Assembly: GCA_964435495.1 (NCBI GenBank)
Contig: CAYSZK010000001.1
Span: 66,832 to 130,831 of the forward strand
Direction: 5' to 3'
DNA length: 64,000 nucleotides
DNA from: an uncultured Verrucomicrobiales bacterium
Lineage (GTDB): Bacteria > Verrucomicrobiota > Verrucomicrobiia > JADLBR01 > JAIBCM01
Under the pieces are notes generated by a model, which saw only the letters and a list, made by a program, of their open reading frames with translations, did no database searches and was not told where the DNA came from. A program made the translations under genes and the position numbers. This document shows, in pieces, positions 1 through 7,809 of the stretch. Every line of letters starts with the position of its first letter. The stretch's first letter is position 1.

Positions 1-2
1 AC

Positions 3-464
3 GTGGTTCTCACGACCCTTGACGCGTCGATCAACTGGATTCGCAAGAACTCTTTGTGGCCGATGCCGATGGGGCTGGCCTGTTGCGCGATTGAGTTGAT
101 GGCGGCGGCGTCGTCGCGGTTCGACATTGCGCGGTTTGGGGCGGAAGTGATGCGGTTTTCGCCGCGGCAGGCGGACCTTTTGATCGTGGCGGGCACGGTG
201 ACGTACAAGATGGCGCTCGCGGTGAAACGGATTTACGACCAGATGCCCGAGCCCAAATGGGTGATTGCGATGGGGGCGTGCGCGTCGTCGGGCGGCATGT
301 ACCGGAGCTACGCGGTGTTGCAGGGGATCGACCGGCTGCTGCCGGTGGACGTGTACGTGTCGGGGTGCCCGCCGCGGCCGGAGGCGCTTCTGGAGGGGTT
401 GATCCGGTTGCAGGCCAAGATTGACCGGGAGAAATCGCTCCTGGCGCAGAAGCGGGCCGCGTGA
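3..464 (+). CDS. nuoB: NADH-quinone oxidoreductase subunit B (5' end outside window)
   Basis: [21 protein letters not shown] and [11 protein letters not shown]2-cluster motifs. Confidence 0.97.
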   Translation: MVLTTLDASINWIRKNSLWPMPMGLACCAIELMAAASSRFDIARFGAEVMRFSPRQADLLIVAGTVTYKMALAVKRIYDQMPEPKWVIAMGACASSGGMYRSYAVLQGIDRLLPVDVYVSGCPPRPEALLEGLIRLQAKIDREKSLLAQKRAA

Positions 465-483
465 GGACGAGGCGCCCCGCACC

Positions 484-1062
484 ATGAACCCGGACAACCT
501 TGCCGCCCGGCTCGACGCCGAGTTTCCGCGCCAGATCACGCGGTTGCCGGCATTCCGCGGGGAGACGGCCTTTGCGGTGGCGGACCGGGGGCGGATCGGG
601 GACGTGGCGCGGTTTTTGAAGCGGGAGTGTTCGTATGACTACCTGGTGGACATCAGCAGCGTGGACAACGCCGGCGATTCGCCGCGGTTCGAGGTGGTGT
701 ACGAGTTCTATTCCCACAACAGCGGGCGGCATGTGCGCGTGAAGGCTGCGGTGCCCGAGGAGGCGTGCTCGCTGCCGAGCATCGCCGGGGTGTACAAGAC
801 CGCGAACTGGCACGAGCGCGAGATTTTTGACATGATGGGCATCCGGTTTGACGGCCATCCGGACCTCCGGCGGATTCTGATGTGGGAGGGGTACCCGCAC
901 TTTCCGTTGCGCAAGGAGTTTCCCCTGGAGGGCCTGCCGACGCTTGCGCCGGACGGGCATTTCACCAACCCGGCGCCGATGGCGGGGGGTCCGTTTGTGG
1001 CGCCGGCGGCGGAATTGGCGGGCGGGCGGGAGCCGCGGTCGGCGGCGCCGGAGCCGGCGTGA
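484..1062 (+). CDS. nuoC: NADH-quinone oxidoreductase subunit C
   Basis: ANWHEREIFDMMGIRFDGHPDLRRILMWEGY..PLRKEFP; start moved to ATG 484. Confidence 0.95.
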   Translation: MNPDNLAARLDAEFPRQITRLPAFRGETAFAVADRGRIGDVARFLKRECSYDYLVDISSVDNAGDSPRFEVVYEFYSHNSGRHVRVKAAVPEEACSLPSIAGVYKTANWHEREIFDMMGIRFDGHPDLRRILMWEGYPHFPLRKEFPLEGLPTLAPDGHFTNPAPMAGGPFVAPAAELAGGREPRSAAPEPA

Positions 1063-1077
1063 CGCGTTGGGAGGGCC

Positions 1078-2316
1078 ATGGCGACGACGATTGAGCAGCC
1101 CGACATTCTGGCCCGGTACGCGCGGCACGCGGCGGACGCGGGCGCGCCGGAGGGGGAGCGCCTGGTATTGAACATGGGGCCGTCGCATCCGAGCACGCAC
1201 GGCGTGTTGCGGATCGTGCTGGAACTGGACGGTGAAGTGATCACCAAGGCGGACCCGGACATCGGCTACCTGCACCGGGGCGACGAAAAGATCGCGGAGA
1301 ACATGCAGTACAACCAGTTTGTGCCGTACACGGACCGGCTGGACTACCTTGCGCCCCTGGCGAACAACGTGGCCTACGCGCTGGCGGTGGAGAAGCTGAT
1401 GGGCTGGGAGCTGCCGCCGCGGGGCCAGGCGATCCGCGTGATCTCCTGCGAGATGGCGCGGATTTCGTCGCATCTGCTGGGTCTTGGGGCGTTCGCGATG
1501 GATTGCGGCGCGATGACCGTGTTCCTGTACACCTTCACCGAGCGCGAAAAACTTTACAACCTGATCGAGATGCTGACGGGCGCGCGGTTCACGACGAGTT
1601 ACACGCGGATCGGGGGCATGACCCGTGATTTGCCGGACGGATTCCTTCCGGCGCTGCGGCGGTTTTTGGACGATTTTCCCGCGCGGGTGGACGACATCGA
1701 CAACCTTCTTTCGCGGAACCGGATTTTTGTGGACCGGACGCGGGACGTGGGTGTTTTGGCGAAGGAGTTGGCGGTGGACTACGGGTTGACGGGGCCGAAC
1801 CTGCGGGCGTCGGGGGTTGCGTACGACCTGCGGCGCCGGCATCCGTATCTCGGCTACGACCAGTACGATTTCGAGGTGCCGGTGGGGACGGCGGGGGATT
1901 GCTACGACCGCTACCTGTGCCGGCTGGTGGAGATGCGGGAGAGCGTGAAAATCCTGCGGCAGGCGGTGGACAAGCTGCCGTCGGGGCCGATTTGTGTGAA
2001 CGACCCGAAGGGCGTGCTGCCGGCGAAGGACAAGGTGCTCACGAAGATGGAGGAGTTGATCCACCAGTTCATTCTGGTGACCGAGGGGATCGACGCGCCG
2101 AAGGGGGAAATCTATTTCGGCGCGGAGAATCCAAAGGGGGAACTCGGGTTCTACATCAACTCGCGGGGCGGCGGCGTCCCGCACCGGCTCAAGATTCGGG
2201 CGCCGTCGTTTGTGAATTTGAGCGTCTTTCCCGCGTTGTTGCCGGGGCATATGATGGCGGACGTGGTGGCGATTTTGGGCTCGTTTGACTTCGTGATGGG
2301 AGAATGTGACCGATGA
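1078..2316 (+). CDS. nuoD: NADH-quinone oxidoreductase subunit D
   Basis: LNMGPSHPSTHGVLR, GYLHRG, DRLDY and C-terminal GECDR. Confidence 0.97.
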   Translation: MATTIEQPDILARYARHAADAGAPEGERLVLNMGPSHPSTHGVLRIVLELDGEVITKADPDIGYLHRGDEKIAENMQYNQFVPYTDRLDYLAPLANNVAYALAVEKLMGWELPPRGQAIRVISCEMARISSHLLGLGAFAMDCGAMTVFLYTFTEREKLYNLIEMLTGARFTTSYTRIGGMTRDLPDGFLPALRRFLDDFPARVDDIDNLLSRNRIFVDRTRDVGVLAKELAVDYGLTGPNLRASGVAYDLRRRHPYLGYDQYDFEVPVGTAGDCYDRYLCRLVEMRESVKILRQAVDKLPSGPICVNDPKGVLPAKDKVLTKMEELIHQFILVTEGIDAPKGEIYFGAENPKGELGFYINSRGGGVPHRLKIRAPSFVNLSVFPALLPGHMMADVVAILGSFDFVMGECDR

Positions 2317-2588
2317 AAAAGAACCGGACAGTAAACCTGGCGTGGACCGCGATGGCGGCCATCCTCTTGGCGGCGTGCGTGTCGAGGCTGACGCCGGAGA
2401 ACCTGGCGCGGGTGAAGGACGGAATGAGCGAGCAAGAGGTCCGGACCATTCTGGGGGCGCCGACGGAAACGAAGACGGGCAGCTTCCTCGGGGTGACCGG
2501 GACGACGCTGGTGTACAGCAACCGGGCGCAGCGGGTGATTTTTGTGTTTGTGAACGGCAAGCTCTTTGGGCGGGAGGGGACCCTGTGA
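2313..2588 (+). CDS. Small lipoprotein, BamE/SmpA-OmlA-like domain
   Basis: Lipobox LLAAC, then GMSEQEVRTILGAP; 4-nt overlaps with nuoD and nuoE. Confidence 0.7.
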   Translation: MKKNRTVNLAWTAMAAILLAACVSRLTPENLARVKDGMSEQEVRTILGAPTETKTGSFLGVTGTTLVYSNRAQRVIFVFVNGKLFGREGTL

Positions 2589-3079
2589 GCGAAGCCGCGC
2601 CGCCGCCCGCCTTTGTGGCGCGGGCCGACGAGGTCCTCGGGCGCTACCCGGCCTCGCGGCGGAGCGCCGCGCTGCCGCTGCTGCATCTGTGGCAGGAGGA
2701 GTTCGGGTTCATCTCGGACGCGGCCATTGAATGGATCGCGGGGAAACTGGGCTTGCAGCCGGTCCACATTTTGGAGTTGGTGACCTTTTACCCGATGTTC
2801 CGGCAGCGGGCGTATGGCCGGTTCCACATCAAGGTCTGCCGGACGCTGTCCTGCGCGCTGGGCGGCGGCCACGAGTTGTTTGAGACATTCCGGAAGCGGC
2901 TGGGATTGGAGGGGGACCCGCACGACGGTCCGCTGCATTCACCGGACGGGCGGTTTACGCTGGAGTATGTCGAGTGCCTGGCGAGTTGCGGGACGCCGCC
3001 GGTCTGCATGGTGAACGAAGATTTCCACGAGAAGGTGGGCGACACGGAGGCCGAGGCGATCCTGGCGCGGTGCGCGTGA
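2585..3079 (+). CDS. nuoE: NADH-quinone oxidoreductase subunit E
   Basis: VTFYPMF, CRTLSC and ECLASC 2Fe-2S ligands; GTG start 2585 inferred. Confidence 0.93.
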   Translation: MSEAAPPPAFVARADEVLGRYPASRRSAALPLLHLWQEEFGFISDAAIEWIAGKLGLQPVHILELVTFYPMFRQRAYGRFHIKVCRTLSCALGGGHELFETFRKRLGLEGDPHDGPLHSPDGRFTLEYVECLASCGTPPVCMVNEDFHEKVGDTEAEAILARCA

Positions 3080-3099
3080 GGGGGTCCGGAGAAACGGCG

Positions 3100-4446
3100 A
3101 TGGCGATTGGCGAACGGCGCATTATTTTCCGGAACATTGACGTGCCGGGGTACACGCCCGACATCGGGTGTTACCTGAAACAGGGCGGCTACGAGGCGCT
3201 GCGCAAGGCCGCCGGAATGAAGCCCGCGGACATTGTGGCCGAGGTGAAGACCTCCGGGTTGCGCGGGCGCGGCGGCGCGGGTTTTGCGTGCGGCTTGAAG
3301 TGGACGTTCATTCCGCCGAACAACACCAAGCCGGTCTATTTGATTTGCAACGCCGACGAGTCGGAGCCGGGCACCTTCAAGGACCGCCAGATCATCCACA
3401 AAGACCCGCACCAGCTTCTGGAGGGCATGATCATCTCCTGCCTCGCGGTCGGGGCGCGGCTCGCCTATATTTACATTCGCGGCGAGTTTCCGGAGGGGGC
3501 GCGGATTCTGGAGCGCGCGATCCACGAGGCGAAGGGGAAGGGGTTTCTCGGGGAGAATGTCCTGGGCACGGGTTTCGGGCTGGACATCCATGTGCACCGG
3601 GGCGCGGGGGCCTACATTTGCGGGGAGGAGACGGGTTTGATCGAGTCGCTGGAAGGGAAGCGCCCCTATCCGCGGATCAAGCCGCCCTATTTCCCGGCGG
3701 TGCTGGGCTTGTACATGTGCCCGACCATCGTGAACAACGTGGAGACCCTGTGCAACGTGAAGCACATCGTGGCGATGGGCGGCGCGGAGTACGCGAAGCT
3801 CGGGCGCCCGAACAACACCGGCACGCGCGTGTTCTGCGTGAGCGGCGACGTGAACAAGCCGGGCTATTACGAGTTCGAGGTTGGGGCGCTCACCCTGGGC
3901 CAGTTGATCCATGACGTGTGCGGCGGGATTCGGAAGGGCAACCGGCTCAAGGCGGTCATTCCCGGGGGTTCCTCGGCGAAGGTGTTGAAGGCGGGCGAAC
4001 GCTACCGGATCAAGGAGCGGGGCGCCGACGGCGCGGTGGCCGAGCGGGAGATAGGGCTGGAGGATATTCCGATGGATTTCGATTCCCTGGCCGCGGCGGG
4101 GTCGATGGCGGGTTCCGGAGGCGTGATCGTCATGGATCACACGCGGGACATGGTGGACGCGCTCGCCAACATCAACGAGTTTTACGCCCACGAATCCTGC
4201 GGCCAGTGCACTCCGTGCCGCGAAGGGTCGTTGTGGATGAAAAAAATCACCGCGCGCATGTTGCGGGGTGGCGCGCGGCCGGAGGACGCCGCGTTGCTCA
4301 AGTCGGTGGCCGACAACATCGCGGGGCGCACCATTTGCGCCTTTGGCGAGGCGTGCGCGTGGCCGACGCAAAGTTTTGTGGCCAAGTTCCGGGATGAATT
4401 CGACGCAAAGGCCGCCCACGCGCGGCAGGTCCAGGAGGCGGCATGA
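3100..4446 (+). CDS. nuoF: NADH-quinone oxidoreductase subunit F
   Basis: SGLRGRGGAGF, NADESEPGTFKDR, GAGAYICGEE and ESCGQCTPCREG. Confidence 0.97.
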   Translation: MAIGERRIIFRNIDVPGYTPDIGCYLKQGGYEALRKAAGMKPADIVAEVKTSGLRGRGGAGFACGLKWTFIPPNNTKPVYLICNADESEPGTFKDRQIIHKDPHQLLEGMIISCLAVGARLAYIYIRGEFPEGARILERAIHEAKGKGFLGENVLGTGFGLDIHVHRGAGAYICGEETGLIESLEGKRPYPRIKPPYFPAVLGLYMCPTIVNNVETLCNVKHIVAMGGAEYAKLGRPNNTGTRVFCVSGDVNKPGYYEFEVGALTLGQLIHDVCGGIRKGNRLKAVIPGGSSAKVLKAGERYRIKERGADGAVAEREIGLEDIPMDFDSLAAAGSMAGSGGVIVMDHTRDMVDALANINEFYAHESCGQCTPCREGSLWMKKITARMLRGGARPEDAALLKSVADNIAGRTICAFGEACAWPTQSFVAKFRDEFDAKAAHARQVQEAA

Positions 4447-4934
4447 CGTGGAGCGAGGTGTGCGAACATTCGGCCTTGCGCGATGCGCCGTTCAAGGTGG
4501 AAACCAATGAATGGGGACAGGTACTCATGAGCCCGGCGACCAACAAACATTACTTCGCGCAGTACCGGGTCGCCAGGCTCCTGGAAGAGCACGCTGCCGG
4601 CGGGGTCGTATTCACGGAATGCGCCGTGGAAACCGGGCAGGGAACCCGGGTGACCGATGCCGCCTGGATTTCGGAGGATCGTTGCCGCCCGCAAATTGAC
4701 CTGCCCGCGTTCCGCGCCGCTCCCGAGATATGCGTGGAGATCGATTCCCCCGGGAATTCAGACGGAGAATTTGCGCTGAAGGCCGGCCTTTATTTCAAGG
4801 CGGGCGCCGAGGAAGTGTGGCGGGTTGACGCCGGGGGGCGGGTCCGCTTTTTTGCGCCGGGAAGGCCCATCGGCCGTTCGCTTCGTTGTCCGGCGTTCCC
4901 GGACTTCATCCAGCACCTGACGGGAAAGTCATGA
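4443..4934 (+). CDS. Uma2-family (PD-(D/E)xK-like) endonuclease-fold protein
   Basis: GQVLMSPA..H, VTDAAW, APEICVEIDSPGN, K..LYFKAGAEEVW; ATGA overlaps on both sides. Confidence 0.85.
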   Translation: MTWSEVCEHSALRDAPFKVETNEWGQVLMSPATNKHYFAQYRVARLLEEHAAGGVVFTECAVETGQGTRVTDAAWISEDRCRPQIDLPAFRAAPEICVEIDSPGNSDGEFALKAGLYFKAGAEEVWRVDAGGRVRFFAPGRPIGRSLRCPAFPDFIQHLTGKS

Positions 4935-6583
4935 TCGCGCCCTCCACCAACGCCGCCGCCGAACTGGTCAACGTCCAATTGGACGGGCAGTGGGTCCAGG
5001 TTCCCAAGGGCATGAACGCGATTGAGGCCGCGCGCGGCTTCGGCAAGTTCATCCCGCACTATTGCTACCATCCGAAGCTCGAAGTCGTCGGCAACTGCCG
5101 GATGTGCCTGATCGAGATCGGCACGCCCAAGATGGGCCCGGACCGCAAGCCGGTGATGGGCGCGGACGGGCGCCCGGAAATCCTGTGGATGCCGCGCCCG
5201 CAGATCGGCTGCGCCACGAAGGTCTCCGACGGCATGGGCATCCGGACCACATCGCCGTTGGTCGAGGAATGCCGCAAAGGGGTCATGGAATTCCTCCTGC
5301 TCAACCATCCGCTGGACTGCCCGATCTGCGACCAGGCGGGCGAGTGCAAGCTGCAGGAGTTCTCGGTGGAATACGGCAACGGCGGGAGCCGCTTTGTCGA
5401 GAAGAAGGTCACCAAACCCAAGCGGGTGGACATTGGCAGGAATATCATCCTGGACGATGAGCGCTGCATCCTTTGCTCGCGTTGCATCCGGTTCATGCGC
5501 GACGTGGCCAAGGACGACTGCCTTGGCTTCACCCAGCGCGGCAGCCACACGACGCTGTCCATCCATCCCGGCAAGCGGCTCGACAGCAATTATTCCTTGA
5601 ACACCGTGGACATCTGCCCGGTGGGCGCGCTGACCAGCAAGGATTTCCGCTTCAAGATGCGCGTCTGGTTCCTCAAGGAGACCCCGAGCATCTGTGCCAC
5701 CTGCGGCACCGGCTGCAACACGATCATTGGCTCCCGCGAAGGCGTGGTGTACCGCCAGACACCGCGCGAGAACGGCGCCGTCAACGAATGCTGGATGTGT
5801 GACCGCGGGCGGTTGAATTTCCATTTCCTTCACGATCCGGCCCGCCTCACGCAGCCGCTCCTCCATGGCAAGGCGGCGTCCCGCGAGGATGCCCTCGACG
5901 CGCTCGCCACCGCGCTGAAGAACGCCGCCCCGCCGAAGATTGCCATCCTGGCCTCCGCGCGCATGACCAACGAGGAGTTGTACCTTGTCCGCCGCCTTCG
6001 CGGGCGCCTGGGCGGCGCATCCGTGAAGGTTGCCACCGTGCCGCGCCCACAGGAAGCGGACGGGCTCCTGGTCTGCGGCGACGGGAACAGCAACACGGCG
6101 GGCGCCCGGTTGATGGGCATCCCGACCGGCGGCGAAGAGCTTGCCGGGCTCGCGGAGGGGGCCAAGGCCGGCGCGTTCGACGTGATCGTCGCGCTGGGCG
6201 AAGACTTGGCCGCGTGCGGCGTGCCGGAGGAGGCGCTCCGCAAAGCCGGGTGCGTCGCGGCGGTTGCGTTGCTGCCGAACGGGACCACGGCGTCCGCGGG
6301 AGTTGTCTTGCCCGGGGCGGGTTTTGCCGAGAAGCGCGGCACGATGGTGAACGTGAAGGGGCGCATCCAGCGGTTGAACAAGGCGATCCCGGTTCCTGGC
6401 GGCGCCGCGGACGACTGGGAGATTCTAGCGGGGCTGCTGGGGCGGCTGGGCGACGACAAGGCGTTCCCGTCGATTGACGCGGTGTTTGCGGCGATGGCGG
6501 CGGAGGCGCCCGCGTTTCATGGGTTGACGATGGCGCGGGTGGGCGATGGCGGGCTGCAACTGGAGGCGGCGGAAGCCGCGTAA
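4931..6583 (+). CDS. nuoG: NADH-quinone oxidoreductase subunit G (short, about 550 aa)
   Basis: HYCYH..GNCRMC, NHPLDCPICDQAGEC, RCILCSRC and CATCGTGC...CDRGR. Confidence 0.93.
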   Translation: MIAPSTNAAAELVNVQLDGQWVQVPKGMNAIEAARGFGKFIPHYCYHPKLEVVGNCRMCLIEIGTPKMGPDRKPVMGADGRPEILWMPRPQIGCATKVSDGMGIRTTSPLVEECRKGVMEFLLLNHPLDCPICDQAGECKLQEFSVEYGNGGSRFVEKKVTKPKRVDIGRNIILDDERCILCSRCIRFMRDVAKDDCLGFTQRGSHTTLSIHPGKRLDSNYSLNTVDICPVGALTSKDFRFKMRVWFLKETPSICATCGTGCNTIIGSREGVVYRQTPRENGAVNECWMCDRGRLNFHFLHDPARLTQPLLHGKAASREDALDALATALKNAAPPKIAILASARMTNEELYLVRRLRGRLGGASVKVATVPRPQEADGLLVCGDGNSNTAGARLMGIPTGGEELAGLAEGAKAGAFDVIVALGEDLAACGVPEEALRKAGCVAAVALLPNGTTASAGVVLPGAGFAEKRGTMVNVKGRIQRLNKAIPVPGGAADDWEILAGLLGRLGDDKAFPSIDAVFAAMAAEAPAFHGLTMARVGDGGLQLEAAEAA

Positions 6584-6596
6584 AAGGAGCAATGCA

Positions 6597-7775
6597 ATGC
6601 TGATCCTCGAAACCGCCATCATTCTGGCCAAGATCGCCGTCGTGATCGGCGTCGTGCTGTTCCTGGTGTCCTACACCGTACTCGCGGAGCGCAAGGTGAG
6701 CGCCATGATCCAGGAGCGCGTGGGTCCGAACCGCGTTGGGATTCCGTTTTTAGGGAATTTCGGCGGCGCCCTGGCGCTGGCGCAGCCGGTGGCGGACGCG
6801 CTGAAACTGATGCTCAAGGAGCAGTTCACGCCTGGGCACGCCAACAAGTTCTATTACTGGCTCGCCCCGGCGCTGGCGATGGCGCCGGCGTTGATTGCCC
6901 TCGCGTTCCTTCCGTTCGGCAGCGTCATCGATCTGGGCTGGATTTGGGCGCTCCTGCCCGAGGCGGCCCGGACCTGGCTTACGGAGTTTGTCGGCGGCCC
7001 GCTGCCCCAGTCCACGCGCGGCGTGATCGCCGATGGGAACGTCGGCATCCTGATGGTGTTCGCCATCACGTCGCTGGGCGTTTACGGGATTGTCCTCGCC
7101 GGATGGGCATCGAACTCCAAGTACCCGTTCCTTGGCGGCATCCGGTCCAGCGCCCAATTGATTTCCTACGAGCTGGCCATGGGCCTGTCCGTGATTCCCG
7201 TGTTTCTGGTGATCGGCAATCTCAACCTGTCGGCGGTGGTAACCCACCAAATGCAGCACGGCTGGCTGGTCCTGCCGTTTTTTGCGGAGCAGCTGGACTG
7301 GAAGAGCTTCGTGTATGCGGCGCCGTGCGCGCTCTCGTTCGTGATCTTTACCGTCGCCGCGTTCGCGGAAACCAACCGGCTCCCGTTTGATCTGCCGGAG
7401 TCGGAGACCGAGCTCGTCGGCGGTTACAACACCGAGTACGCCGCCATGAAGTTCGCGCTGTTCTTCCTGGGCGAATACGCCGCGATGATTGTGGCGTCGG
7501 CGTTGATGGTGACGCTGTTCCTAGGCGGCTGGTCCCTGCCGGGAATCGGGTTCAAGCTAGTTCCGGGGGGCGAAGGCAATTTCCTGTGGGGCATGGCCAA
7601 CGCGGGCGTGTTTCTGGGGAAGATTGTCTGTTTTCTTTTGTTTTTCATCTGGATTCGGTGGACGGTGCCGCGGTTCCGGTACGACCAGTTGATGAACCTC
7701 GGGTGGAAGGTTTTTCTGCCGCTCGCCCTGGCCAACGTGGTCTTTACCGCCATCCTCGTCGGCATTGTCCGCTGA
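6597..7775 (+). CDS. nuoH: NADH-quinone oxidoreductase subunit H
   Basis: ERKVSAMIQERVGPN, QPVADALKL, ETNRLPFDLPESETELVGG and RFRYDQLM. Confidence 0.96.
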   Translation: MLILETAIILAKIAVVIGVVLFLVSYTVLAERKVSAMIQERVGPNRVGIPFLGNFGGALALAQPVADALKLMLKEQFTPGHANKFYYWLAPALAMAPALIALAFLPFGSVIDLGWIWALLPEAARTWLTEFVGGPLPQSTRGVIADGNVGILMVFAITSLGVYGIVLAGWASNSKYPFLGGIRSSAQLISYELAMGLSVIPVFLVIGNLNLSAVVTHQMQHGWLVLPFFAEQLDWKSFVYAAPCALSFVIFTVAAFAETNRLPFDLPESETELVGGYNTEYAAMKFALFFLGEYAAMIVASALMVTLFLGGWSLPGIGFKLVPGGEGNFLWGMANAGVFLGKIVCFLLFFIWIRWTVPRFRYDQLMNLGWKVFLPLALANVVFTAILVGIVR

Positions 7776-7809
7776 GGCGGAAACTTCGACGCCGCGTCCG
7801 GACGGCGCG

